A stretch of DNA of 62,770 nucleotides, from the NCBI GenBank assembly GCA_946545285.1, contig CAMNNA010000001.1:1-62770 (forward strand). The letters run 5' to 3'. Shown here in pieces: positions 32,825 to 41,233 of this stretch. Positions within the stretch are counted from its first letter, which is position 1. Every line of letters starts with the position of its first letter. A model generated the notes under the pieces. It saw only the letters and a list, made by a program, of their open reading frames with translations. It had not been told where the DNA came from and did no database searches. Made by a program: the position numbers and the translations under genes. The stretch is from an uncultured cyanobacterium (GTDB lineage: Bacteria; Cyanobacteriota; Vampirovibrionia; Gastranaerophilales; Gastranaerophilaceae).

Positions 32825-33100
32825 TTACCTTGCCTCACCCCAAAACGCATCCAAAATGTGCTGCGCTTGCGCACTTGGCATGCGATCTTCCAAAATCAAG
32901 TATTGAACGGCAATCATAGCACATTCAGAACAAATATTTACCCCGGGACCCTGAACCATTTTTATAACCTGAGTATTTGGACGGCCGCAAAAACTGCAAT
33001 ATACAGGTTCTTGCGAAATTGTTTCTTCTTTTATTTTCTGAGACTCACCTTTAGAATGTCTTTTTTTAGCGCCCAGACTAACCACTTTTTCGTCTGACAT
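32825..33100 (-). CDS. stand-alone ClpX-type C4 zinc-finger protein
   Basis: CSFCGRPNTQVIKMVQGPGVNICSECAMIAVQYL matches the ClpX N-terminal zinc-binding domain. The protein ends about 30 aa later, with no AAA+ domain. Confidence 0.75.
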   Translation of the reverse strand: MSDEKVVSLGAKKRHSKGESQKIKEETISQEPVYCSFCGRPNTQVIKMVQGPGVNICSECAMIAVQYLILEDRMPSAQAQHILDAFWGEAR

Positions 33101-33211
33101 GTATTTCTCCTTTAAATTTTTCTTTATTGTAACTTAAATTAAATAAATTTGCCATATACTTAATATTAAATTATAATACAAATGTCAAATATAAAATAAG
33201 AGGGTAGATTT

Positions 33212-33784
33212 TTGAAAAATTTGTGTTTTATATTAAGCATCTTAACAGTCGCAATAATTTCTACTGCATGTATAAATAACCTAGCAGTACAAGATTTAAA
33301 CAATAAAGCTAAAGAATATATGAATAAAGGAGATTATACTCAAGCTATTGAACGACTCAAGTCCAGCCTTGATCTGGACCCTGCAATATTTGAAACGCAT
33401 TATAATTTGGCAGTTGCATACACAGAATCAGGCGACTACATTAATGCTGTTGAACAATACGAAAAAGCCTTAGAAATCAAAAAAGATCCTGATATTTATT
33501 ATTCTTTGGCAACGGCGCAAAATAATCTTGCTGTTGATTTAGAACAAATGGTTGTCAGATTAGACAGTGATAAAAATCTTGTTGCGGCAAAAGATTATGA
33601 ATTTGAGCAGGAAGATTTGACAGATGATGAAAAAGATCAAATAAAAGATCTTTACGAAGATGCTGTCAAAAATTATGAAAAATACCTTCAATTAAATCCG
33701 CAGGCCGCTGATAAAGCAGAAGTTCAATCTCAAATCGAAAGAATAAAAACAAATTATTTAAAAGACGAAAATTATGAGGAATAA
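33212..33784 (+). CDS. TPR-repeat probable lipoprotein
   Basis: Signal peptide ending IISTAC. TPR-like repeats (YTQAIERLKSSLDLDP, HYNLAVAYTESGDYINAVEQYEKALEI). Confidence 0.6.
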   Translation: MKNLCFILSILTVAIISTACINNLAVQDLNNKAKEYMNKGDYTQAIERLKSSLDLDPAIFETHYNLAVAYTESGDYINAVEQYEKALEIKKDPDIYYSLATAQNNLAVDLEQMVVRLDSDKNLVAAKDYEFEQEDLTDDEKDQIKDLYEDAVKNYEKYLQLNPQAADKAEVQSQIERIKTNYLKDENYEE

Positions 33785-33794
33785 GAATTTATAA

Positions 33795-34604
33795 ATGATT
33801 TTGACCCCTCCAAGTGACATTGCTTTCAAAATTTTCAATTTCCCTGTCTATTGGTACGGGATAATTATGGCAATATCAATCTTTATTGGATTTTTATGTG
33901 CAAATCATCTTTACAACAAGCTAAATCCTGACGAAAAAGATTTTATTATTGAAAATGCACCTGTTATAATTGTTTTTGGAATGCTATCGGCAAGATTTTA
34001 TTTTTGTTGTTTAAATTTTAAACATTATATAGCAAATCCTATAGAAATACTTAATTTTAGACAAGGCGGTCTATCTATACATGGGGCATTAATTGGCGCA
34101 ATACTCACAATCACAGTAATTTGCTTAAAAAATAAAATTAAGATATTAAAAATTCTGGATTGTTGTTCTATTGCAACGATTTTGGGGCAAAGCATCGGAA
34201 GATTCGGAAATTTTTTCAATTCTGAAGCTTACGGATTTCCTGTTTTAAATCAATCCTGGGGACTTTATATTGAACCTGCTAAAAGAATTTTTGAATTCCA
34301 AAATTACAGTTTATTTCACCCTGCATTTCTATATGAAAGTTTCTTTGATCTTTTAGGATTTTTCATTTTATTATTTATTTTTTACAGAAATAAACATAAA
34401 ATAGACGGAGTAATATTTTTTCTATATCTGATTATTTATGCAATTATAAGATTTTTCATAGAAAGAATAAGAATAGACAGCGCACTTAATATAGGGAACA
34501 TACATATTGCTCAAATTGCATCCGTTTTAATATTTTTAATCGGAATTTTCGGGTTATGTTTTTTAAGATACAAATATTGCGAAAATAAAAAAAACGAGTT
34601 ATAA
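33795..34604 (+). CDS. lgt: prolipoprotein diacylglyceryl transferase
   Basis: YWYGIIMAISI, GGLSIHGALIG and GRFGNFFNSEAYG motifs. Multi-TM. Confidence 0.9.
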   Translation: MILTPPSDIAFKIFNFPVYWYGIIMAISIFIGFLCANHLYNKLNPDEKDFIIENAPVIIVFGMLSARFYFCCLNFKHYIANPIEILNFRQGGLSIHGALIGAILTITVICLKNKIKILKILDCCSIATILGQSIGRFGNFFNSEAYGFPVLNQSWGLYIEPAKRIFEFQNYSLFHPAFLYESFFDLLGFFILLFIFYRNKHKIDGVIFFLYLIIYAIIRFFIERIRIDSALNIGNIHIAQIASVLIFLIGIFGLCFLRYKYCENKKNEL

Positions 34605-34637
34605 TGATGTATATATAAATTATAAAGTAGCACCGAT

Positions 34638-35360
34638 ATGATTAATATTTTCCACAAAAGAATAAATAATAAACGAGGTTTTACATTAACAGAAGTTCTT
34701 CTTGCTATCACCTTGGTTGGGGTTATTGCAGCCTTAACAGTTCCTCCTGCAATAACAAGGTTTTACAATAGAATTTTTGATACAGCATATAATAACGAAG
34801 TTAAAAATTTGGAAAATATGCTTAATAATTTTATTGCAAGCGAAACACCGGGAATTCCGTCATATAAAATAATGTCAGATTATGTAAAAAGTATACGAAT
34901 TTGCGGAACAACCGGAGAATATTGCTTTGCACAAAAATATTATGAATATGTTGACAAAGTAAAAACAGATTATACCCCGCATTTTGTCGGAGAATGTGCC
35001 ATTTTACAAAACGGAATGAGCTTATGCCTTAATAACGATGGGGCGCAAGACGATTTAGAAAAAACAGGAAAAATTTATAAAGAAAAAATATATAAACTTT
35101 CCGGAATAATTGATTTAAACGGAATAAAAAGACCAAATGTTTACGGAATGGATTTGAGAGATTTTGAAATTACGGCAAAAGGAACAAATACCTATACACA
35201 AAGAACGGTTGGTGAAATTATCACCTGGGAAAGTAATACGTGTGAAACAGCAGATAAAGAATGTTGTACAACAGATTCCGAATTTTTTGAAAACCACAGA
35301 TCAGAATGTTGCGCACCCGAAACTATGTATGCCGGCGAAGTAAAATGCAATGGTGATTAA
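34638..35360 (+). CDS. prepilin-type N-terminal methylation-domain protein (pilin/pseudopilin-like)
   Basis: Leader MINIFHKRINNKRG, then FTLTEVLLAITLVGVIAALTVP. Cys-rich C-terminal tail (CETADKECCTTD...SECCAPE...KCNGD). Confidence 0.8.
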   Translation: MINIFHKRINNKRGFTLTEVLLAITLVGVIAALTVPPAITRFYNRIFDTAYNNEVKNLENMLNNFIASETPGIPSYKIMSDYVKSIRICGTTGEYCFAQKYYEYVDKVKTDYTPHFVGECAILQNGMSLCLNNDGAQDDLEKTGKIYKEKIYKLSGIIDLNGIKRPNVYGMDLRDFEITAKGTNTYTQRTVGEIITWESNTCETADKECCTTDSEFFENHRSECCAPETMYAGEVKCNGD

Positions 35361-35373
35361 TATTAATTAAAGC

Positions 35374-36498
35374 CTATTTCAATATATCTTTTCTGTAAGA
35401 ATAATTTTTATAGGTTTCAAGTTCTAGAATCAGGTTATTTTTTGCTCTGTTTAGAGTTTTTGCACTTTCGCATAAAACAATATTTTTGTTATTGTTTTTA
35501 TTCTTTAACAAAACAGAAATATAATATAAATCATTCGTTTTTATAATTTCATAATCATCTGCAAAATATCCGCTAATACAGGCATTTATTAGATCAATTA
35601 AATCAACTTCCGTTGAATTCAAAACAGATTCAGCACAATGATTTCTTATAAACGGAAAAATTTCTTCAGCAGAAAGAATTTCATCTTTATCAAGATTAAA
35701 TTCTATCCCGAAAAAACCCATATAAACACTATTTTTTTTAGATAAAGAGTTTATAATATTTTTGGCAATTTCAACAGTTTTTGCTAAAATTTCTTCAGAA
35801 ATTTTATAATCAGGGCAATATCCGCCCATACCGTCAGTCAACATTGCGCAATCAGAATCTTTTTCAAATTTATATTCTTTAAATGTTGTAATCGGTAAAA
35901 CTCCGTAACCGTCTGTTATAAAATACACACTGAATTTATGCCCAAAAGTGTATTCTTCAATAAGTATTTCAGATACATTTTGTATTTCAAGCATATTATA
36001 AATTATTTCAGATGCGAATTTTTTTGTCGGGCACAATACCTTGTCTGCGCAAACATCAGACGTTTTTACAATAACAGGAAATTTACAATCATCTAAAAAG
36101 TCGTTAGCTAAATTAATTTTATCAAACACCCCGAACTTAGATGTGCCCGAGTTTATCCTATATAAAAGCTTTTTACCATGAACTCCGTTTAAAAACGGAA
36201 TAGATGAACTTTTATCCGGAGAAAATACCTTTTGTTCATTAGAATTAAAAAAGTCTCCGACCCCGGCATTTAACGATTTTGCACAAAATGGTATTGTAAG
36301 AGAAATACCATTGTCCAAAACAAATTTCAATAATTCTTCACAATTATTTTCCCTAATATCTACTGTTTTAAAATCACTTTCAATATCCCCGTTTCCTGCG
36401 ATGAAAATTTCAGAACAAAACTCACTTTCTTTTAATTTTTTAGCAAGTGCATTTGAAGAAATATTATTTCCGACAATCAAAATTTTTTCTTTTTTCAT
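35374..36498 (-). CDS. PurD-like ATP-grasp protein with eroded catalytic motifs
   Basis: Colinear with phosphoribosylamine--glycine ligase (KILIVGNN...ALAKKL, FIAGNG, PVIVKTSD, LTDGMGGYCP), but GGREHA, GPE and KADGLAAGKGV are not conserved. Confidence 0.5.
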   Translation of the reverse strand: MKKEKILIVGNNISSNALAKKLKESEFCSEIFIAGNGDIESDFKTVDIRENNCEELLKFVLDNGISLTIPFCAKSLNAGVGDFFNSNEQKVFSPDKSSSIPFLNGVHGKKLLYRINSGTSKFGVFDKINLANDFLDDCKFPVIVKTSDVCADKVLCPTKKFASEIIYNMLEIQNVSEILIEEYTFGHKFSVYFITDGYGVLPITTFKEYKFEKDSDCAMLTDGMGGYCPDYKISEEILAKTVEIAKNIINSLSKKNSVYMGFFGIEFNLDKDEILSAEEIFPFIRNHCAESVLNSTEVDLIDLINACISGYFADDYEIIKTNDLYYISVLLKNKNNNKNIVLCESAKTLNRAKNNLILELETYKNYSYRKDILK

Positions 36499-36632
36499 AA
36501 GAAAAATTATACTACATAAATCGGATGATTTTTATTAAGTTATATTAAATATTTTAAAAATAATATGGTAAAATTATGACGTAAATAATATTATCATTAA
36601 AAACAACTACAGGTAAGTAGAAAGGTTAAATT

Positions 36633-36869
36633 ATGGCAGGATTAGTAAATTTATTAACGAATGTATTACAAGCACCGAGGGTAAACACAACCGCTCCGAT
36701 TTCGCAGCCTGTCAGCCCATATGGAAATAATCCGTTTGTAAACTATAACGGCACTAATTTTTCAAATAGATTCTATGCTCAAAACAGACCGGTAAAAGGC
36801 GGCTATTTTGCAGGATATTACAACGGCAAACAAAATATCGTCGGTCGCCGATTATTTGTTGAAGTTTAA
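36633..36869 (+). CDS. small hypothetical protein
   Basis: 78-aa ORF, N/Y/G/P-rich, preceded by GAAAGG. No motif. Confidence 0.35.
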   Translation: MAGLVNLLTNVLQAPRVNTTAPISQPVSPYGNNPFVNYNGTNFSNRFYAQNRPVKGGYFAGYYNGKQNIVGRRLFVEV

Positions 36870-36883
36870 ATTCCTAAAACAGA

Positions 36884-37549
36884 TCAGTATCTCGGAATTA
36901 TCCAGTTATTTGCTTCAACGGCATTATAACAGATATTAGGGCCTCCGCCTTTACAACCGCTTAAACTTTTATCGTTAATACCTCCGACAATATGCCCGTC
37001 GCGTCTTATATAGAATGAAAACAGATCTTTTCCTATCACATTAGGAGCTTTTGACATTGTATTCAAATCAACAATAAACCTGCCGATTAAATCATCCTTA
37101 GTACCTGTATTCCATGGTTGACCTGGGTAAACACCATCAGAATTATATACTTTGGAATAGAATAATTGAACCCCGTTACTTAAAATTACTGATTTTACAG
37201 AATAGGAAGACCAACCATCAAAGCCTTTTCCGCCATTTAGAGTTTTATACTTATTATCCATAAACCGAAATGACTCATCCGTTACTTTTATATTAAGCAC
37301 GTTTTTGATACTTTCATAATCTTTAAAATCTGTATTTGCTAAATTTCTTGTTTTATGTAAAAGCAGTTGATCTTGTGCCGATTGTTCAATAGCTGCAACA
37401 GTATTTTGTAACAAAGTTCCGTTGACTTTGTTATTAATATCAGTCATAACAGTCGGGATAGTAAGTGCCGCAATAACACCGATTATCCCTGTTGTAATCA
37501 ATACTTCCGCTAACGTAAATGCTTTTTTTAATTTTCTTTTATTAAACAT
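36884..37549 (-). CDS. prepilin-type N-terminal methylation-domain protein
   Basis: MFNKRKLKKA, then FTLAEVLITTGIIGVIAALTIPTV. Confidence 0.8.
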   Translation of the reverse strand: MFNKRKLKKAFTLAEVLITTGIIGVIAALTIPTVMTDINNKVNGTLLQNTVAAIEQSAQDQLLLHKTRNLANTDFKDYESIKNVLNIKVTDESFRFMDNKYKTLNGGKGFDGWSSYSVKSVILSNGVQLFYSKVYNSDGVYPGQPWNTGTKDDLIGRFIVDLNTMSKAPNVIGKDLFSFYIRRDGHIVGGINDKSLSGCKGGGPNICYNAVEANNWIIPRY

Positions 37550-37577
37550 ATAAAATCCTTTCTATTTATTATAATTA

Positions 37578-38291
37578 CTAACTGCCGCTACCACCGCTAC
37601 CTGAACCATCCGCATACGATTCACCTGCTGAAGATGCCGCAGCAGCCTCTGCTTCAGCTACTTTTTTCTTTGCAATTTCAATATAATCAGGATCATAACT
37701 CATCATTTCAAGTAAAGCTGCACAAGCTGCCGAAAATCCTGAACTTTTGCAATCACCTAAGTTAGATCTTACATAGTCAATCTTGTACTCCGTACTGCCA
37801 AACACGGAAGTTGTCACAGTACCTGTACTCTGTAAGTTATATTCCCATAAGTCAATTCCGGCAATATTCGGTTCTTTAGGGCCATTTAAATCAATATATA
37901 AATATGTAAGTACACTAAACTTTTGTATAGAAATACTCACTCCGTTTTTTAATCTTACCTTTTCTATTTCCTCCCCTGAGAAACTAGGACAACTTCCACC
38001 GCTTAAACTTGTATAATTGGATGCAAAAGCATCATCATCTTCTACAGCGTTAAGTTTGTCCTGCAAAAAAGAACCAGAAAAAATAGAGTCCGGCAAACTT
38101 TTCTTTATCCCAACTTCGGATTGAAAAACATTATTTAATGTTGAAAGCGTATTTTTCAGCAATTCAATTCTTGCTTTATCAGCAGCGTCTCTCATCAAAT
38201 TCGGAATAATCATTGCAGCTAAAATACCGATAACTGTAAGAGTTATCATCACTTCTGCCAGAGTGAATGCCTTAAATTTTTTTCCCATCAT
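37578..38291 (-). CDS. prepilin-type N-terminal methylation-domain protein
   Basis: MMGKKFKA, then FTLAEVMITLTVIGILAAMIIPNL. A/S/G-rich C-terminal tail (AEAEAAAASSAGE...GSGSGGSGS). Confidence 0.8.
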   Translation of the reverse strand: MMGKKFKAFTLAEVMITLTVIGILAAMIIPNLMRDAADKARIELLKNTLSTLNNVFQSEVGIKKSLPDSIFSGSFLQDKLNAVEDDDAFASNYTSLSGGSCPSFSGEEIEKVRLKNGVSISIQKFSVLTYLYIDLNGPKEPNIAGIDLWEYNLQSTGTVTTSVFGSTEYKIDYVRSNLGDCKSSGFSAACAALLEMMSYDPDYIEIAKKKVAEAEAAAASSAGESYADGSGSGGSGS

Positions 38292-38368
38292 GATTTTAAA
38301 ATATCCTTTCGTATTTATATAAATATTTTAACATTATTTTTATCAAATTTCAATATAAAACCACAATC

Positions 38369-38396
38369 TTGACGAAATATTTTGAGCAAGTAGAAT
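38369..38396 (+). promoter_or_regulatory. sigma70-type promoter upstream of the NifU-like/GGGtGRT pair
   Basis: TTGACG (38369-74), 16-nt spacer, TAGAAT (38391-96), about 30 nt upstream of ATG 38428. Confidence 0.5.
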
Positions 38397-38427
38397 CAAA
38401 GAGTATATAAGGTGAAGGGAGTAAAAA

Positions 38428-39129
38428 ATGACTAATATACAAGTTACTCAAGAAATTCAAGAAAAATGCCCTGTAAGACGCGGGGTAAAAGGAAGTCCGG
38501 CTCCGATTCCTCAAGAAGGAGAATGGACTAAATGTAAAGAAATCAAAGACATTTCAGGTCTAACACATGGTTGCGGCTGCTGTGCACCTCAACAAGGGAC
38601 TTGCAAATTGACTTTGAATGTTAAAAACGGAATTATTCAAGAAGCATTGGTTGAAACAATCGGATGTTCAGGAATGACTCATTCTGCTGCTATGGCAGGT
38701 GAAATTCTTCCGGGTAAAACAATTCTTGAAGCATTAAATACCGACTTAGTTTGTGATGCTATCAACGTTGCAATGAGAGAATTATTCTTGCAGATAGTTT
38801 ATGGCAGAACTCAATCAGCATTTTCTGAAAACGGTTTGCCGGTTGGTGCAGGATTAGAAGACTTAGGAAAAGGCTTATGCTCAATGTGCGGTACAATTCA
38901 TTCTACCGCTCAAAAGGGTGTAAGATATCTTCAATTGACAGAAGGTTATATTCTAAAACTCGGTTTAGACAAAAATAACGAAGTTATCGGCTATCAGTTC
39001 GTAAATCTTGGTAAAGTAATGGATGCAATTAAAAAAGGTGTTGAACCCGGTGAAGCATTCAAGAAAAATATCGGAACTTACGGAAGATTTGCTGATGCGG
39101 TTAAGTATATTGACCCGAGAGAAGAATAA
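38428..39129 (+). CDS. NifU/IscU-like Fe-S scaffold-domain protein
   Basis: Cys clusters HGCGCCAPQQGTC, ETIGCSGMTHSAAMAGE and CSMCG in an IscU-like arrangement. SD GGGAG. Confidence 0.55.
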   Translation: MTNIQVTQEIQEKCPVRRGVKGSPAPIPQEGEWTKCKEIKDISGLTHGCGCCAPQQGTCKLTLNVKNGIIQEALVETIGCSGMTHSAAMAGEILPGKTILEALNTDLVCDAINVAMRELFLQIVYGRTQSAFSENGLPVGAGLEDLGKGLCSMCGTIHSTAQKGVRYLQLTEGYILKLGLDKNNEVIGYQFVNLGKVMDAIKKGVEPGEAFKKNIGTYGRFADAVKYIDPREE

Positions 39130-39142
39130 GGGTAAATATATT

Positions 39143-39206
39143 GTCACCCTGAACTTGATTCAGGGTCTGTCAATGATGAGATTCTGAAACAAGTTCAGAA
39201 TGACAG
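39143..39206. repeat. double-hairpin palindromic intergenic element (REP/MITE-like)
   Basis: ACCCTGAA-CTTGA-TTCAGGGT (39146-66) and ATTCTGAA-ACAAG-TTCAGAAT (39181-201), flanked by CTGTCA/TGACAG. It generates the spurious minus ORF ending ...HSELVSESHH. Confidence 0.7.
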
Positions 39207-39236
39207 TACAAGTTTAATAATAGAAGGAAATAAATT

Positions 39237-40241
39237 ATGACAGTAAAATTTGAAGGACAAGACAGACGCGAAGCTACTTTAAAAAAAGTTTTGCCTGAAT
39301 ATGGTTTCAAATCATTAGAAGATGCTCGCGAATTATGTCTATCTAAAGGCATTGATGTTGATGCAATTGTTAAAGGAATTCAGCCTATTGCGTTTGATAA
39401 CGCATCATGGGCTTACACATTAGGCGTTGCAATTGCAATTAAAAAAGGTATTACAAACGCAGCCGACGCAGCTGAAGCAATCGGATTAGGGTTGCAAGCA
39501 TTTGCAGTTCCGGGGTCAGTTGGTGACAGAAGACAAGTTGGTATCGGTCACGGCAACTTGGGCGCTATGCTTTTAAGAGAAGAAACAAAATGTTTCTGTT
39601 TCTTGGCAGGTCACGAATCATTTGCTGCAGCGGAAGGTGCTATAGGTATTGCAAGAAACGCTGATAAAGTAAGAAAAGAACCTCTAAGAGTTATCTTAAA
39701 CGGCTTAGGTAAAGACGCTGCTTATGTAATTTCAAGAATCAACGGTTTTACTTATGTTGAAACTGAATACAATTACAAAACAGGCGAACTTAAAGTTGTC
39801 AAAGAAACTCCGTTTTCTGATGGCGAAAGAGCAAAAGTAAAATGCTACGGTGCTGATGATGTATCAGAAGGTGTTGCTATTATGATAAAAGAAGGAGTTG
39901 ACGTTTCTATTACAGGTAACTCAACTAACCCGACAAGATTCCAGCACCCTGTTGCAGGAACTTACAAAAAATGGGCTATCGAAAACGGCAGAAAATACTT
40001 CTCAGTAGCTTCAGGCGGCGGTACAGGAAGAACTTTACACCCTGATAACGTAGCTGCAGGTCCTGCATCTTACGGTATGACAGATACTATGGGAAGAATG
40101 CACGGTGATGCTCAGTTTGCAGGTTCATCATCTGTTCCTGCTCACGTTGAAATGATGGGCGTAATCGGTATGGGTAACAACCCGATGGTAGGTGCAACTG
40201 TTGCATGTGCCGTTGCTGTTGCTCAGGCGATGAATAAGTAA
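39237..40241 (+). CDS. GGGtGRT-family protein (function unknown)
   Basis: The literal family signature SGGGTGRTLHP is present. 334 aa, G/A-rich, following a NifU-like gene. Confidence 0.85.
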   Translation: MTVKFEGQDRREATLKKVLPEYGFKSLEDARELCLSKGIDVDAIVKGIQPIAFDNASWAYTLGVAIAIKKGITNAADAAEAIGLGLQAFAVPGSVGDRRQVGIGHGNLGAMLLREETKCFCFLAGHESFAAAEGAIGIARNADKVRKEPLRVILNGLGKDAAYVISRINGFTYVETEYNYKTGELKVVKETPFSDGERAKVKCYGADDVSEGVAIMIKEGVDVSITGNSTNPTRFQHPVAGTYKKWAIENGRKYFSVASGGGTGRTLHPDNVAAGPASYGMTDTMGRMHGDAQFAGSSSVPAHVEMMGVIGMGNNPMVGATVACAVAVAQAMNK

Positions 40242-40256
40242 TTAAATTATTCAGAT

Positions 40257-40300
40257 AAAATAAAACCCTCTATATTACTAATATAGAGGGTTTTATTTTT
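40257..40300. terminator. bidirectional intrinsic terminator
   Basis: 14-bp stem AAAACCCTCTATAT/ATATAGAGGGTTTT (40262-75 / 40281-94), with A-rich and T-rich flanks. Lies between convergent genes. Confidence 0.85.
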
Positions 40301-40301
40301 A

Positions 40302-41159
40302 TTACCAGGGATAATCGGCTTTTATCTCCCAACCATCAATCATAATTAATGCTGCACACCAATTACCGGTTTTTTTGGCTTTACAATATGGTGTACCATT
40401 AACAGTATCAATATTATCCATATTTTTCCCGATTAAAGAATCTCTATCCATATTTGGGACAACTTTAAATTTATTTGAGTCGTCGGAATAAATACCTTGA
40501 GGCCAAAAACCAAGGTCATGATTAAGTTGAAACATAAACCAATCACGGCCCATTTTATTTGGACCTGTTTTATATCCATTGATATCAATATGCACCTCTC
40601 TAGAGGCATTTGGTGAAGAAGAATAAACAGTTGCATGAGGAGGAATAGTATTCATAAAAATTTGAGTACCGTTTATTGTTGTATATATTTTTACAGGAGC
40701 ACGCCCAATCCACCAACTTGATGTAGCAGTATAAGCTCGACCACCATTTAACCACTTGTATATAATTCCTTCGTCAAAAAGCTTATCATAACTTTCAACT
40801 TGAACAATTTTCATATACGGTTGAATATAATAATCAAATAAGTCCGCTCTGGAAAAATCCCAGCCGGTTATATCATCATTTTCAACTTCTGATAATTTTA
40901 TAGCTTCTTTTATTTGACTATAAACTATTTTTAATCTGTTTGCAGTTTCGCGTTTTTGGTATTTCACAATCAAATTCGGGATAGTCAACGCTGCAACTAC
41001 TCCAATTACACCTAAGACAATCAGGAATTCGGCGAGTGTGAATGCAACTTTTGATTCACTTCCTAACCCCGCAAACGCCTGTATAGAGCGGGAAAGAGTT
41101 GCCCCCTCCCCCCGAAATACAGTCGCGGTAAGGGTTTCAGCCTTTTTGACATCTTCCAT
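40302..41159 (-). CDS. prepilin-type N-terminal methylation-domain protein with unusually long leader
   Basis: FTLAEFLIVLGVIGVVAALTIPNL is preceded by a 40-aa leader (MEDVKKAETLTATVFRGEGATLSRSIQAFAGLGSESKVA). AAGGAG about 9 nt upstream of ATG 41159. Confidence 0.75.
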   Translation of the reverse strand: MEDVKKAETLTATVFRGEGATLSRSIQAFAGLGSESKVAFTLAEFLIVLGVIGVVAALTIPNLIVKYQKRETANRLKIVYSQIKEAIKLSEVENDDITGWDFSRADLFDYYIQPYMKIVQVESYDKLFDEGIIYKWLNGGRAYTATSSWWIGRAPVKIYTTINGTQIFMNTIPPHATVYSSSPNASREVHIDINGYKTGPNKMGRDWFMFQLNHDLGFWPQGIYSDDSNKFKVVPNMDRDSLIGKNMDNIDTVNGTPYCKAKKTGNWCAALIMIDGWEIKADYPW

Positions 41160-41233
41160 CTTTTATATACTCCTTTTGCATTACTTTTTTACATTATAAA
41201 CTATTTTTCTAATATTATCAAGAGTTGAAAAAT

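Noticed and set aside
39170-39352. 60-aa minus-strand ORF ending ...HSELVSESHH
   Set aside because: It is a translation artefact of the palindromic intergenic element and overlaps the start of the GGGtGRT gene on the opposite strand.
41040-41159. c-di-GMP or other riboswitch in place of the long pilin leader
   Set aside because: The region is in frame with the pilin ORF and has a strong SD before ATG 41159. There is no alternative start nearer the FTLAEF segment. It has only vague resemblance to GEMM motifs.
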